Translations under genes and position numbers: made by a program
The notes under the pieces: generated by a model
What the model saw: only the letters and a program-made list of their open reading frames with translations
Told to the model about the DNA's origin: nothing
Databases searched by the model: none
From: the human T2T-CHM13v2.0 reference genome, Homo sapiens
Direction: 5' to 3' (one strand)
Assembly: GCF_009914755.1 (NCBI RefSeq)
Contig: NC_060925.1
DNA: 64,000 nt
Shown: in pieces, positions 43,101-59,239 of the stretch
Numbering within the stretch: position 1 is the first letter of the stretch
How the letters are laid out: each line of letters begins with the position of its first letter

Positions 43101-44406
43101 GGTATCACTGAATGGAATCGAATGGAATCATCATCTGATGGAAATGAATGGAATCGTCATAGAATGGAATCGAATGGATTCATTGAATGGAATCAGATGG
43201 AATCATCGAATGGACTGGAATGGAATCATTGAATGGACTCGAAAGGGATCATGATTGAATGGAATTGAATGGAATCATCGAATGGTCTCGATTGGAATCA
43301 TTATCAAATGGAATCGAATGGAATCATCGAATAGAATCGAATGGAACAATCATCGAATGGACTCCAATGGAATTATCCTCAAATGGAATCGAATGGAAAT
43401 ATCGAATGCAATCGAATGGAATTATCGAATGCAATCGAATAGAATCATCGAATGGACTCGAATGGAATCATCGAATGGAATGGAATGGAACAGTCAATGA
43501 ACTCGAATGGAATCATCATTGAATGGAATCGAATGGAATCATCGAGTGGAATCGAATGGAATTATGATCAAATGGAATCGAATGTAATCATCATCAAATG
43601 GAATCAAAAATAACCATCATCAATTGGTATTGAATGGAATTGTCATCAAATGGAATTCAAAGGAATCATCATCAAATGGAACTGAATGGAATCCTCATTG
43701 AATGGAAATGAAAGGGGTCATCATCTAATGGAATCGCATGGAATCATCATCAAATGGAATCGAATGGAATCATCATCAAATGGAATCTAATGGAATCATT
43801 GAAAGAATTGAATGGAATCATCATCGAATGAATTGAATGCAATCATCGAATGGTCTCGAATGGAATCATCTTCTAATGGAAAGGAATGGAATCATCGCAT
43901 AGAATCGAATGGAATTATCATCGAATGGAATCGAATGGTATCAACACCAAACGGAAAAAAACGGAATTATGGAATGGAATCGAAGAGAATCTTCGAACGG
44001 ACCCGAATGGAATCATCTAATGGAATGGAATGGAATAATCCATGGACACGAATGCAATCATCATCGAATGGAATCGAATGGAATCATCGAATGGACTCGA
44101 ATGGAATAATCATTGAACGGAATCGAATGGAATCATCATCGCATGGAAACGAATGGAATCATCATCGAATGGAAATGAAAGGAGTCATCATCTAATGGAA
44201 TTGCATGGAATCATCATCAAATGGAATCGAATGGAATCAACATCAAATGGAATCAAATGGAATCATTGAACGGAATTGAATGGAATCGTCATCGAATGAA
44301 TTGAATGCAATCATCGAATGGTCTCGAATGGAATCATCTTCAAATGGAATGGAATGGAATCATCGCATAGAATCGAATGGAATTATCATCGAATGGAATC
44401 GAATGG
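37169..44406 (+). repeat. Recent tandem duplication, period 3,550 bp (dimer of two 1,775-bp units), ~2 copies
   Basis: Identical ORF translations at +3550 (37180/40730, 37684/41234, 38955/42505, 39459/43009, 39705/43255). Flanking mismatches at 37168 vs 40718 and 40857 vs 44407. Confidence 0.93.
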
Positions 44407-47400
44407 AATCAACATCAAACGGAAAAAAACGGAATTATCGAATGGAATCGAAGAGAATCATCGAATGGACCCGAATGGAATCATCTAATGGAATGGAATG
44501 GAATAATCCATGGACTCGAATGCAATCATCATCGAATGGAATCGAATGGAATCATCGAATGGACTCGAATGGAATAATCATTGAACGGAATCGAATGGAA
44601 TCATCATCGGATGGAAATGAATGGAATCATCATCGAATGGAATCGAATAGAATTATGGAATGAAATCCAGTGTGATCATCATCGAATGGACCCGAATGGA
44701 ATCATCATCCAACGGAAGCTAATGGAATCAACATCGAATGAATCGAAAGGAAACACCATCGAATTGAAACGAATGGAATTACCATGAAATTGAAATGGAT
44801 GGACTCATCATCGAATGGATTCGAATGGAATCATCGAATAAAATTGATTGAAATCATCATCGAATGGAATCGAATGGTATCATTGAATGGAATCGAATGG
44901 AATCATCATCAGATGGAAATGAATGGAATCGTCATAGAATGGAATCGGATGGATTCATTGAATGGAATCAGATGGAATCATCGAATGGACTGGAATGGAA
45001 TCATTGAATGGACTCGAAAGGGATCATTATTGAATGGAATTGAATGGAATCATCAAATGGTCTCGATTGGAATCATTATCAAATGGAATCGAATGGAATC
45101 ACCGAATAGAATCGAATGGAACAATCATCGAATGGACTCAAATGGAATTATCCTCAAATGGAATCGAATGGAATTATCGAATGCAATCGAATGGAATTAT
45201 CGAATGCAATCGAATAGAATCATCGAATGGACTCGAATGGAATCATCGAATGGAATGGAATGGAACAGTCAATGAACTCGAATGGAATCATCATTGAATG
45301 GAATCGAATGGAATCATCGAGTGGAATCGAATGGAATTAAGATCAAATGGAATCGAATGTAATCATCATCAAATGGAATCAAAAATAACCATCATCAATT
45401 GGTATTGAATGGAATTGTCATCAAATGGAATTCAAAGGAATCATCATCAAATGGAACCGAATGGAATCCTCGTTGAATGGAAATGAAAGGGGTCATCATC
45501 TAATGGAATCGCATGGAAACATCATAAAATGGCATCGAATGGAATCAACATCAAATGGAATCAAATGGAATCATTGAACGGAATTGAATGGAATGGTCAT
45601 CGAAAGAATTGAATGCAATCATCGAATGGTCTCGAATGGAATCATCTTCAAATGGAATGGAATTGAATCATCGCATAGAATCGAAAGGAATTATCATCGA
45701 ATGGAATCGAATGGAATCAACACCAAACGGAAAAAAACGGAATTATCGAATGGAATCGAAGAGAATCATCGAATGGACCCGAATGGAATCATCTAATGGA
45801 ATGGAATGGAATAATCCATGGACTCGAATGCAATCATCATCGAATGGAATCGAATGGAATCATCGAATGGACTCGAATGGAATAATCATTGAACGGAATC
45901 GAATGGAATCATCATCGGATGGAAACGAATGGAATCATCATCGAATGGAATCGAATAGAATTATGGAATGAAATCCAGTGTGATCATCATCGAATGGACC
46001 CGAATGGAATCATCATCCAACGGAAGCTAATGGAATCAACATCGAATGAATCAAATGGAAACACCATCGAATTGAAACGAATGGAATTACCATGAAATTG
46101 AAATGGATGGACTCATCATCAAATGGATTCGAATGGAATAATCGAATAAAATTGATTGAAATCATCATCGAATGGAATCGAATGGTATCATTGAATGGAA
46201 TCGAATGGAATCATCATCAGATGGAAATGAATGGAATCGTCATAGAATGGAATCGAATGGATTCATTGAATGGAATCAGATGGAATCATTGAATGGACTG
46301 GAATGGAATCATTGAATGGACTCGAAAGGGATCATTATTGAATGGAATTGAATGGAATCATCGAATGGTCTCGATAGGAATCATTATCAAATGGAATCGA
46401 ATGGAATCACCGAATAGAATCGAATGGAACAATCATCGAATGGACTCAAATGGAATTATCCTCTAATGGAATCGAATGGAATTATCGAATGCAATCGAAT
46501 GGAATTATCGAATGCAATCGAATAGAATCATCGAATGGACTCGAATGGAATCATCGAATGGAATGGAATGGAACAGTCAATGAACTCGAATGGAATCATC
46601 ATTGAATGGAATCGAATGGAATCATCGAGTGGAATCGAAAGGAATTATGACCAAATGGAATCGAATGTAATCATCATCAAATGGAATCAAAAATAACCAT
46701 CATCAATTGGTATTGAATGGAATTGTCATCAAATGGAATTCAAAGGAATCATCATCAAATGGAACCGAATGGAATCCTCATTGAATGGAAATGAAAGGGG
46801 TCATCATCTAATGGAATCGCATGGAATCATCATCAAATGGAATCGAATGGAATCATCATCAAATGGAATCTAATGGAATCATTGAAAAGAATTGAATGGA
46901 ATAGTCATCGAATGAATTGAATGCAATCATCGAATGGTCTCGAATGGAATCATCTTCTAATGGAAAGGAATGGAATCATCGCATAGAATCGAATGGAATT
47001 ATCATCGAATGGAATCGAATGGTATCAACACCAAACGGAAAAAAACGGAATTATCGAATGGAATCGAAGAGAATCTTCGAACGGACCCGAATGGAATCAT
47101 CTAATGGAATGGAATGGAATAATCCATGGACTCGAATGCAATCATCATCGAATGGAATCGAATGGAATCATCGAATGGACTCGAATGGAATAATCATTGA
47201 ACGGAATCGAATGGAATCATCATCGGATGGAAACGAATGGAATCATCATCGAATGGAAGTGAAAGGAGTCATCATCTAATGGAATTGCATGGAATCATCA
47301 TCAAATGGAATCGAATGGAATCAACATCAAATGGAATCAAATGGAATCATTGAACGGAATTGAATGGAATCGTCATCGAATGAATTGAATGCAATCATCA

Positions 47401-50400
47401 AATGGTCTCGAATGTAATCACATTCTAATGGAAAGGAATGGAATCATCGCATAGAATCGAATGGAATTAACATTGAATGGACTCGAATGGAATCTACATC
47501 AAACGGAATCAAGCGGAATTATCGAATGGAATCGAAGAGAATCATCGAATGGTCTCGAATGGAATCATCTTCTAATGGAAAGGAATGGAATCATCTCATA
47601 GAATCGAATGGAATTAACATTGAATGGACTCGAATGGAATCAACATCAAATGGAATCAAGGGGAATTATCGAATGAAATCGAAGAGAATCATCGAATGGA
47701 CTCGAATGGAATCATCTAATGGAATGGAATGGAATAATCCATGGACTCGAATGCAATCATCATCGTATAGAATCGAATGGAATCATCGAAAGGACTCGAA
47801 TGGAATAACCATTGAACGGAATCGAATGGAATCATCATCGGATGGAAACGAATGGAATCATCATCGAATGGAAATGAAAGGAGTCATCATCTAATGGAAT
47901 TGCATGGAATCATCATAAAATGGAATCGAATGGAATCATCATCAAATGGAATCAAATGGAATCATTGAACGGAATTGAATAGAATCGTCATCGAATGAAT
48001 TGAATACAATCATCAAATGGTCTCGAAAGGAATCATCTTCAAATGGAATGGAATGGAATCATCGCATAGAATCGAATGGAATTATCATCGAATGGAATCG
48101 AATGGTATCAACATCAAACGGAAAAAAACGGAATTATCGAATGGAATCGAAGAGAATCTTCGAACGGACCCGAATGGAATCATCTAATGGAATGGAATGG
48201 AATAATCCATGGACTCGAATGCAATCATCATCGAATGGAATCGAATGGAATCATCGAATGGACTCGAATGGAATAATCATTGAACGGAATCGAATGGAAT
48301 CATCATCGGATGGAAACGAATGGAATCATCATCGAATGGAATCGAATAGAATTATGGAATGAAATCCAGTGTGATCATCATCGAATGGACCCTAATGGAA
48401 TCATCATCCAACGGAAGCTAATGGAATCAACATCGAATGAATCGAAAGGAAACACCATCGAATTGAAACGAATGGAATTATCATGAAATTGAAATGGATG
48501 GACTCATCATCGAATGGATTCGAATGGAATCATCGAATAAAATTGATTGAAATCATCATCGAATGGAATCGAATGGTATCATTGAATGGAATCGAATGGA
48601 ATCATCATCAGATGGAAATGAATGGAATCGTCATAGAATGGAATCGAATGGATTCATTGAATGGAATCAGATGGAATCATCGAATGGACTGGAATGGAAT
48701 CATTGAATGGACTCGAAAGGGATCATTATTGAATGGAATTGAATGGAATCATCGAATGGTCTCGATTGGAATCATTATCAAATGGAATCGAATGGAATCA
48801 CCGAATAGAATCGAATGGAACAATCATCGAATGGACTCAAATGGAATTATCCTCAAATGGAATCGAATGGAATTATCGAATGCAATCGAATGGAATTATC
48901 GAATGCAATCGAATAGAATCATCGAATGGACTCGAATGGAATCATCGAATGGAATGGAATGGAACAGTCAATGAACTCGAATGGAATCATCATTGAATGG
49001 AATCGAATGGAATCATCGAGTGGAATCGAATGGAATTATGATCAAATGGAATCGAAGGTAATCATCATCAAATGGAATCAAAAATAACCATCATCAATTG
49101 GTATTGAATGGAATTGTCATCAAATGGAATTCAAAGGAATCATCATCAAATGGAACCGAATGGAATCCTCATTGAATGGAAATGAAAGGGGTCATCATCT
49201 AATGGAATCGCATGGAATCATCATCAAATGGAATCGAATGGAATCATCATCAAATGGAATCTAATGGAATCATTGAAAAGAATTGAATGGAATCATCATC
49301 GAATGAATTGAATGCAATCATCGAATGGTCTCGAATGGAATCATCTTCTAATGGAAAGGAATGGAATCATCGCATAGAATCGAATGGAATTATCATCGAA
49401 TGGAATCGAATGGTATCAACACCAAACGGAAAAAAACGGAATTATCGAATGGAATCGAAGAGAATCAACGAACGGACCCGAATGGAATCATCTAATGGAA
49501 CGGAATGGAATAATCCATGGACTCGAATGCAATCATCATCGAATGGAATCGAATGGAATCATCGAATGGACTCGAATGGAATAATCATTGAACGGAATCG
49601 AATGGAATCATCATCGGATGGAAACGAATGGAATCATCATCGAATGGAAATGAAAGGAGTCATCATCTAATGGAATTGCATGGAATCATCATAAAATGGA
49701 ATCGAATGGAATCAACATCAAATGGAATCAAATGGAATCATTGAACGGAATTGAATGGAATCGTCATCGAATGAATTGAATGCAATCATCGAATGGTCTC
49801 GAATGGAATCATCTTCAAATGGAATGGAATGGAATCATCGCATAGAATCGAATGGAATTATCATCGAATGGAATCGAATGGAATCAACATCAAACGGAAA
49901 AAAACGGAATTATCAAATGGAATCGAAGAGAATCATCGAATGGACCCGAATGGAATCATCTAATGGAATGGAATGGAATAATCCATGGACTCGAATGCAA
50001 TCATCATCGAATGGAATCGAATGGAATCATCGAATGGACTCGAATGGAATAATCATTGAACGGAATCCAATGGAATCATCATCGGATGGAAATGAATGGA
50101 ATCATCATCGAATGGAATCGAATAGAATTATGGAATGAAATCCAGTGTGATCATCATCGAATGGACCCGAATGGAATCATCATCCAACGGAAGCTAATGG
50201 TATCAACATCGAATGAATCAAATGGAAACACCATCGAATTGAAACGAATGGAATTACCATGAAATTGAAATGGATGGACTCATCCTCAAATGGATTCGAA
50301 TGGAATCATCGAATAAAATTGATTGAAATCATCATCGAATGGAATCGAATGGTATCATTGAATGGAATCGAATGGAATCATCATCAGATGGAAATGAAAG

Positions 50401-52419
50401 GAATCGTCATAGAATGGAATCGAATGGATTCATTGAATGGAATCAGATGGAATCATCGAATGGACTGGAATGGAATCATTGAATGGACTCGAAAGGGATC
50501 ATTATTGAATGGAATTGAATGGAATCATCGAATGGTCTCGATTGGAATCATTATCAAATGGAATCGAATGGAATCACCAAATAGAATCGAATGGAATAAT
50601 CATCGAATGGACTCAAATGGAATTATCCTCAAATGGAATTGAATGGAATTATCGAATGCAATCGAATGGAATTATCGAATGCAATCGAATAGAATCATCG
50701 AATGGACTCGAATGGAATCATCGAATGGAATGGAATGGAACAGTCAATGAACTCGAATGGAATCATCATTGAATGGAATCGAATGGAATCATCGAGTGGA
50801 ATCGAATGTAATCATCATCAAATGGAATCAAAAATAACCATCATCAAATGGAATCAAAAATAACCATCATCAATTGGTATTGAATGGAATTCTCATCAAA
50901 TGGAATTCAAAGGAATCATCATCAAATGGAACCGAATGGAATCCTCATTGAATGGAAATGAAAGGGGTCATCATCTAATGGAATCGCATGGAATCATCAT
51001 CAAATGGAATCGAATGGAATCAACATCAAATGGAATCAAATGGAATCATTGAACAGAATTGAATGGAATCGTCATCGAATGAATTGAATGCAATCATCGA
51101 ATGGTCTCGAATGGAATCATCTTCAAATGGAATGGAATGGAATCATCGCATAGAATCGAATGGAATTTTCCTCGAATGGAATCGAATGGAATCAACATCA
51201 AACGGAAAAAAACGGAATTATCGAATGGAATCGAAGAGAATCACCGAATGGACCCGAATGGAATCATCTAATGGAATGGAATGGAATAATCCATGGACTC
51301 GAATGCAATCATCATCGAATGGAATCGAATGGAATCATCGAATGGACTCGAATGGAATAATCATTGAACGGAATCGAATGGAATCATCATCGGATGGAAA
51401 TGAATGGAATCATCATCGAATGGAATCGAATAGAATTATGGAATGAAATCCAGTGTGATCATCATCGAATGGACCCGAATGGAATCATCATCCAACGGAA
51501 GCTAATGGAATCAACATCGAATGAATCAAATGGAAACACCATCGAATTGAAACGAATGGAATTACCATGAAATTGAAATGGATGGACTCATCCTCAAATG
51601 GATTCGAGTGGAATCATCGAATAAAATTGATTGAAATCATCATCGAATGGAATCGAATGGTATCATTGAATGGAATCGAATGGAATCATCATCAGATGGA
51701 AATGAAAGGAATCGTCATAGAATGGAATCGAATGGATTCATTGAATGGAATCAGATGGAATCATTGAATGGACTGGAATGGAATCATTGAATGGACTCGA
51801 AAGGGATCATTATTGAATGGAATTGAATGGAATCATCGAATGGTCTCGATTGGAATCATTATCAAATGGAATCGAATGGAATCACCGAATAGAATCGAAT
51901 GGAACAATCATCGAATGGACTCAAATGGAATTATCCTCTAATGGAATTGAATGGAATTATCGAATGCAATCGAATGGAATTATCGAATGCAATCGAATAG
52001 AATCATCGAATGGACTCGAATGGAATCATCGAATGGAATGGAATGGAACAGTCAATGAACTCGAATGGAATCATCATTGAATGGAATCGAATGGAATCAT
52101 CGAGTGGAATCGAATGTAATCATCATCAAATGGAATCAAAAATAACCATCATCAAATGGAATCAAAAATAACCATCATCAATTGGTATTGAATGGAATTC
52201 TCATCAAATGGAATTCAAAGGAATCATCATCAAATGGAACCGAATGGAATCCTCATTGAATGGAAATGAAAGGGGTCATCATCTAATGGAATCGCAAGGA
52301 ATCATCATAAAATGGAATCGAATGGAATCAACATCAAATGGAATCAAATGGAATCATTGAACGGAATTGAATGGAATCGTCATCGAATGAATTGAAAGCA
52401 ATCATCGAATGGTCTCGAA

Positions 52420-55400
52420 TGGAATCATCTTCAAATGGAATGGAATGGAATCATCGCATAGAATCGAAAGGAATTATCATCGAATGGAATCGAATGGAAT
52501 CAACACCAAACGGAAAAAAACGGAATTATCGAATGGAATCGAAGAGAATCATCGAATGGACCCGAATGGAATCATCTAATGGAATGGAATGGAATAATCC
52601 ATGGACTCGAATGCAATCATCATCGAATGGAATCGAATGGAATCATCCAATGGACTCGAATGGAATAATCATTGAACGGAATCGAATGGAATCATCATCG
52701 GATGGAAATGAATGGAATCATCATCGAATGGAATCGAATAGAATTATGGAATGAAATCCAGTGTGATCATCATCGAATGGACCCGAATGGAATCATCATC
52801 CAACGGATGCTAATGGAATCAACATCGAATGAATCAAATGGAAACACCATCGAATTGAAACGAATGGAATTACCATGAAATTGAAATGGATGGACTCATC
52901 ATCGAATGGATTCGAAAGGAATCATCGAATAAAATTGATTGAAATCATCATCGAATGGAATCGAATGGTATCATTGAATGGAATCGAATGGAATCATCAT
53001 CAGATGGAAATGAATGGAATCGTCATAGAATGGAATCGAATGGATTCATTGAATGGAATCAGATGGAATCATCGAATGGACTGGAATGGAATCATTGAAT
53101 GGACTCGAAAGAGATCATGATTGAATGGAATTGAATAGAATCATCGAATGGTCTCGATTGGAATCATTATCAAATGGAATCGAATGGAATCATCGAATAG
53201 AATCGAATGGAACAATCATCGAATGGACTCCAATGGAATTATCCTCAAATGGAATCGAATGGAATTATCGAATGCAATCGAATGGAATTATCGAATGCAA
53301 TCGAATAGAATCATCGAATGGACTCGAATGGAATCATCGAATGGAATGGAATGGAACAGTCAATGAACTCGAATGGAATCATCATTGAATGGAATCGAAT
53401 GGAATCATCGAGTGGAATCGAATGGAATTATGATCAAATGGAATCGAATGTAATCATCATCAAATGGAATCAAAAATAACCATCATCAATTGGTATTGAA
53501 TGGAATTGTCGTCAAGTGGAATTCAAAGGAAACATCATCAAATGGAACCGAATGGAATCCTCATTGAATGGAAATGAAAGGGGTCATCGTCTAATGGAAT
53601 CGCATGGAATCATCATCAAATGGAATCGAATGGAATCATCATCAAATGGAATCTAATGGAATCATTCAACAGAATTGAATGGAATCGTCATCGAATGAAT
53701 TGAATGCAATCATCGAATGGTCTCGAATGGAACCATCTTCTAATGGAAAGGAATGGAATCATCGCATAGAATCGAATGGAATTGTCATCGAATGGAATCG
53801 AATGGTATCAACACCAAACGGAAAAAAACGGAATTATCGAATGGAATCGAAGAGAATCTTCGAACGGACCCGAATGGAATCATCTAATGGAATGGAATGG
53901 AATAATCCATGGACTCGAATGCAATCATCATCGAATGGAATCGAATGGAATCATCGAATGGACTCGAATGGAATAATCATTGAACGGAATCGAATGGAAT
54001 CATCATCGGATGGAAACGAATGGAATCATCATCGGATGGGAATGAAAGGAGTCATCATCTAATGGAATTGCATGGAATCATCATAAAATGGAATCGAATG
54101 GAATCAACATCAAATGGAATCAAATGGAATCATTGAACGGAATTGAATGGAATCGTCATCGAATGAATTGAATGCAATCATCGAATGGTCTCGAATGGAA
54201 TCATCTTCAAATGGAATGGAATGGAATCATTGCATAGAATCGAATGGAATTATCATCGAATGGAATCGAATGGTATCAACATCAAACGGAAAAAAACGGA
54301 ATTATCGAATGGAATCGAAGAGAATCTTCGAACGTACCCGAATGGAATCATCTAATGGAGTGGAATGGAATAATCCATGGACTCGAATGCAATCATCATC
54401 GAATGGAATCGAATGGAATCATCGAATGGTCTCGAATGGAATAATCATTGAACGGAATCGAATGGAATCATCATCGGATGGAAATGAATGGAATGATCAT
54501 CGAATGGAATCGAATAGAATTATGGAATGAAATCCAGTGTGATCATCATCGAATGGACCCGAATGGAATCATCATCCAACGGAAGCTAATGGAATCAACA
54601 TCGAATGAATCGAATGGAAACACCATCGAATTGAAACGAATGGAATTATCATGAAATTGAAATGGATGGACCCATCATCGAATGGATTCGAATGGAATCA
54701 TCGAATAAAATTGATTGAAATCATCATCAAATGGAATCGAATGGTGTCATTGAATGGGATCGAATGGAATCATCGTCAGATGGAAATGAATGGAATCGTC
54801 ATAGAATGGAATCGAATGGATTCATTGAATGGAATCAGATGGAATCATCGAATGGACTGGAATGGAATCATTGAATGGACTCGAATGGAATCATTATTGA
54901 ATGGAATTGAATGGAATCATCGAATGGTCTCGATTGGAATCATTATCACATGGAATCGAATGGAATCACCGAATAGAATCGAATGGAACAATCATCGAAT
55001 GGACTCAAATGGAATTATCCTCAAATGGAATCGAATGGAATTATCGAATGCAATCGAATGGAATTATCGAATGCAATCGAATAGAATCATCGAATGGACT
55101 CGAATGGAATCATCGAATGGAATGGAATGGAACAGTCAATGAACTCGAATGGAATCATCATTGAATGGAATCGAATGGAATCATCGAGTGGAATCGAATG
55201 GAATTATGATCAAATGGAATCGAATGTAATCCTCATCAAATGGAATCAAAAATAACGATCATCAATTGGTATTGAATGGAATTGTCATCAAATGGAATTG
55301 AAAGGAATCATCATCAAATGGAACCGAATGGAATCCTCATTGAATGGAAATGAAAGTGGTCATCATCTAATGGAATCGCATGGAATCATCATCAAATGGA

Positions 55401-58400
55401 ATCGAATGGAATCATCATGAAATGGAATCTAAGGGAATCATTGAACAGAATTGAATGGAATCGTCATCGAATGAATTGAATGCAATCATCGAATGGTCTC
55501 GAATGGAATCATCTTCAAATGGAAAGGAATGGAATCATCGCATAGAATCGAATGGAATTATCATCGAATGGAATCCAATGGTATCAACATCAAACGGAAA
55601 AAAACGGAATTATGGAATGGAATCGAAGAGAATCTTCGAACGGACCCGAATGGAATCATCTAATGGAATGGAATGGAATAATCCATGGACTCGAATGCAA
55701 TCATCATCAAATGGAATCGAATGGAATCATCGAATGGACTCGAATGGAATAATCATTGAACGGAATCGAATGGAATCATCATCGGATGGAAACGAATGGA
55801 ATCATCATCGAATGGAAATGAAAGGAGTCATCATCTAATGGAATTGCATGGAATCATCATAAAATGGAATCGAATGGAATCAACATCAAATGGAATCAAA
55901 TGGAATCATTGAACGGAATTGAATGGAATCGTCATCGAATGAATTGACTGCAATCATCGAATGGTCTCGAATGGAATCATCTTCAAATGGAATGGAATGG
56001 AATCATCGCATAGAATCGAATGGAATTATCATCGAATGGATTCGAATGGAATCAACATCAAACGGAAAAAAACGGAATTATCGAATGGAATCGAAGGGAA
56101 TCATCGAAGGGACCCGAATGGAATCATCTAATGGAATGGAATGGAATAATCCATGGACTCGAATGCAATCATCATCGAATGGAATCGAATGGAATCATCG
56201 AATGGACTCGAATGGAATAATCATTGAACGGAATCGAATGGAATCATCATCGGATGGAAATGAATGGAGTCATCATCGAATGGAATCGAATAGAATTATG
56301 GAATGAAATCCAGTGTGATCATCATCGAATGGACCCGAATGGAATCATCATCCAACGGAAGCTAATGGAATCAACATCGAATGAATCAAATGGAAACACC
56401 ATCGAATTGAAACGAATGGAATTACCATGAAATTAAATTGGATGGACTCATCCTCAAATGGATTCGAGTGGAATCATCGAATAAAATTGATTGAAATCAT
56501 CATCAAATGGAATCGAACGGTATCATTGAATGGAATCGAATGGAATCATCATCAGATGGAAATGAAAGGAATCGTCATAGAATGGAATCAAATGGATTCA
56601 TTGAATGGAATCAGATGGAATCATTGAATGGACTGGAATGGAATCATTGAATGGACTCGAAAGGGATCATTATTGAATGGAATTGAATGGAATCATCGAA
56701 TGGTCTCGATTGGAATCATTATCAAATGGAATCGAATGGAATCACCGAATAGAATCGAATGGAACAATCATCGAATGGACTCAAATGGAATTATCCTCAA
56801 ATGGAATTGAATGGAATTATCGAATGAAATCGAATGGAATTATCGAATGCAATCGAATAGAATCATCGAATGGACTCGAATGGAATCATCGAATGGAATG
56901 GAATGGAACAGTCAATGAACTCGAATGGAATCATCATTGAATGGAATCGAATGGAATCATCGAGTGGAATCGAATGTAATCATCATCAAATGGAATCAAA
57001 AATAACCATCATCAAATGGAATCAAAAATAACCATCATCAATTGGTATTGAATGGAATTCTCATCAAATGGAATTCAAAGGAATCATCATCAAATGGAAC
57101 CGAATGGAATCCTCATTGAATGGAAATGAAAGGGGTCATCATCTAATGGAATCGCATGGAATCATCATAAAATGGAATCGAATGGAATCAACATCAAATG
57201 GAATCAAATGGAATCATTGAACGGAATTGAATGGAATCGTCATCGAATGAATTGAATGCAATCATCGAATGGTCTCGAATGGAATCATCTTCAAATGGAA
57301 TGGAATGGAATCATCGCATAGAATCGAATGGAATTATCATCGAATGGAATCGAATGGAATCAACATCAAACGGAAAAAAACCGAATTATCGAATGGAATC
57401 GAAGAAAATCATCGAATTGACCCGAATGGAATCATCTAATGGAATGGAATGGAATAATCCATGGACTCGAATGCAATCATCATCGAATGGAATCGAATGG
57501 AATCATCGAATGGACTCGAATGGAATAATCATTGAACGGAATCGAATGGAATCATCATCGGATGGAAATGAATGGAATCATCATCGAATGGAATCGAATA
57601 GAATTATGGAATGAAATCCAGTGTGATCATCATCGAATGGACCCGAATGGAATCATCATCCAACGGAAGCAAATGGAATCAACATCGAATGAATCGAATG
57701 GAAACACCATCGAAATGAAACGAATGGAATTATCATGAAATTGAAATGGATGGACTCATCATCGAATGGATTCGAATGGAATCATCGAATAAAATTGATT
57801 GAAATCATCATCAAATGGAATCGAATGGTATCATTGAATGGAATCGAATGGAATCATCATCAGATGGAAATGAATGGAATCGTCATAGAATGGAATCGAA
57901 TGGATTCATTGAATGGAATCAGATGGAATCATCGAATGGACTGGAATGGAATCATTGAATGGACTCGAAAGGGATCATTATTGAATGGAATTGAATGGAA
58001 TCATCGAATGGTCTCGATTGGAATCATTATCAAATGGAATCGAATGGAATCACCGAATAGAATTGAATGGAACAATCATCGAATGGACTCAAATGGAATT
58101 ATCCTCCAATGGAATCGAATGGAATTATCGAATGCAATCGAATGGAATTATCGAATGCAATCGAATAGAATCACCGAATGGACTCGAATGGTATCATCGA
58201 GTGGAATCGAATGGAATTATGATCAAATGGAATCGAATGTAATCATCATCAAATGGAATCAAAAATAACCATCATCAATTGGTATTGAATGGAATTGTTA
58301 TCAAATGGAATTCAAAGAAATCATCATCAAATGGAACTGAATGGAATCCTCATTGAATGGAAATGAAAGGGGTCATCATCTAATGGAATAGCATGGAATA

Positions 58401-58650
58401 ATCATCAAATGGAATCGAATGAAATCATCATCAAATTGAATCTAATGGAAACATTGAACAGAATTGAATGGAATCGTCATCGAATGAATTGAATGCAATC
58501 ATCGAATGGTCTCGAATGGAATCATCTTCTAATGGAAAGGAATGGAATCATCGCATAGAATCGAATGGAATTAACATTGAATGGAATCGAATGGAATCAA
58601 CATCAAATGGAATCAAGCGGAATTATCGAACGAAATCGAAGAGAATCATC
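52420..58650 (+). repeat. Dispersed duplicate of ~4100-10310 (offset 48,313, then 48,339 after a 26-bp deletion near 5300)
   Basis: Private variants are shared at fixed offset: 5340/53679, 5808/54147, 6312/54651 (MDPS), 8088/56427 (MKLNW), 9396/57735 (71-bp deletion) and 10129/58468. Confidence 0.9.
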
Positions 58651-59239
58651 GAATGGACCCGAATGGAATCATCTAATGGAATGGAATGGAATAATCCATG
58701 GACTCGAATGCAATCATCATCGAATGGAATCGAATGGAATCATCGAATGGACTCGAATGGAATAATCATTGAACGGAATCGAATGGAATCATCATCGGAT
58801 GGAAACGAATGGAATCATCATCGAATGGAATCGAATAGAATTATGGAATGAAATCCAGTGTGATCATCATCGAATGGACCCGAATGGAATCATCATCCAA
58901 CGGAAGCTAATGGAATCAACATCGAATGAATCGAATGGAAACACCATCGAATTGAAACGAATGGAATTACCATGAAATTGAAATGGATGGACTCATCATC
59001 AAATGGATTCGAATGGAATCATCGAATAAAATTAATTGAAATCATCATCGAATGGAATCGAATGGTATCATTGAATGGAATCGAATGGAATCATCATCAG
59101 ATGGAAATGAATGGAATCGTCATAGAATGGAATCGAATGGATTCATTGAATGGAATCAGATGGAATCATTGAATGGACTGGAATGGAATCATTGAATGGA
59201 CTCGAAAGGGATCATTATTGAATGGAATTGAATGGAATC

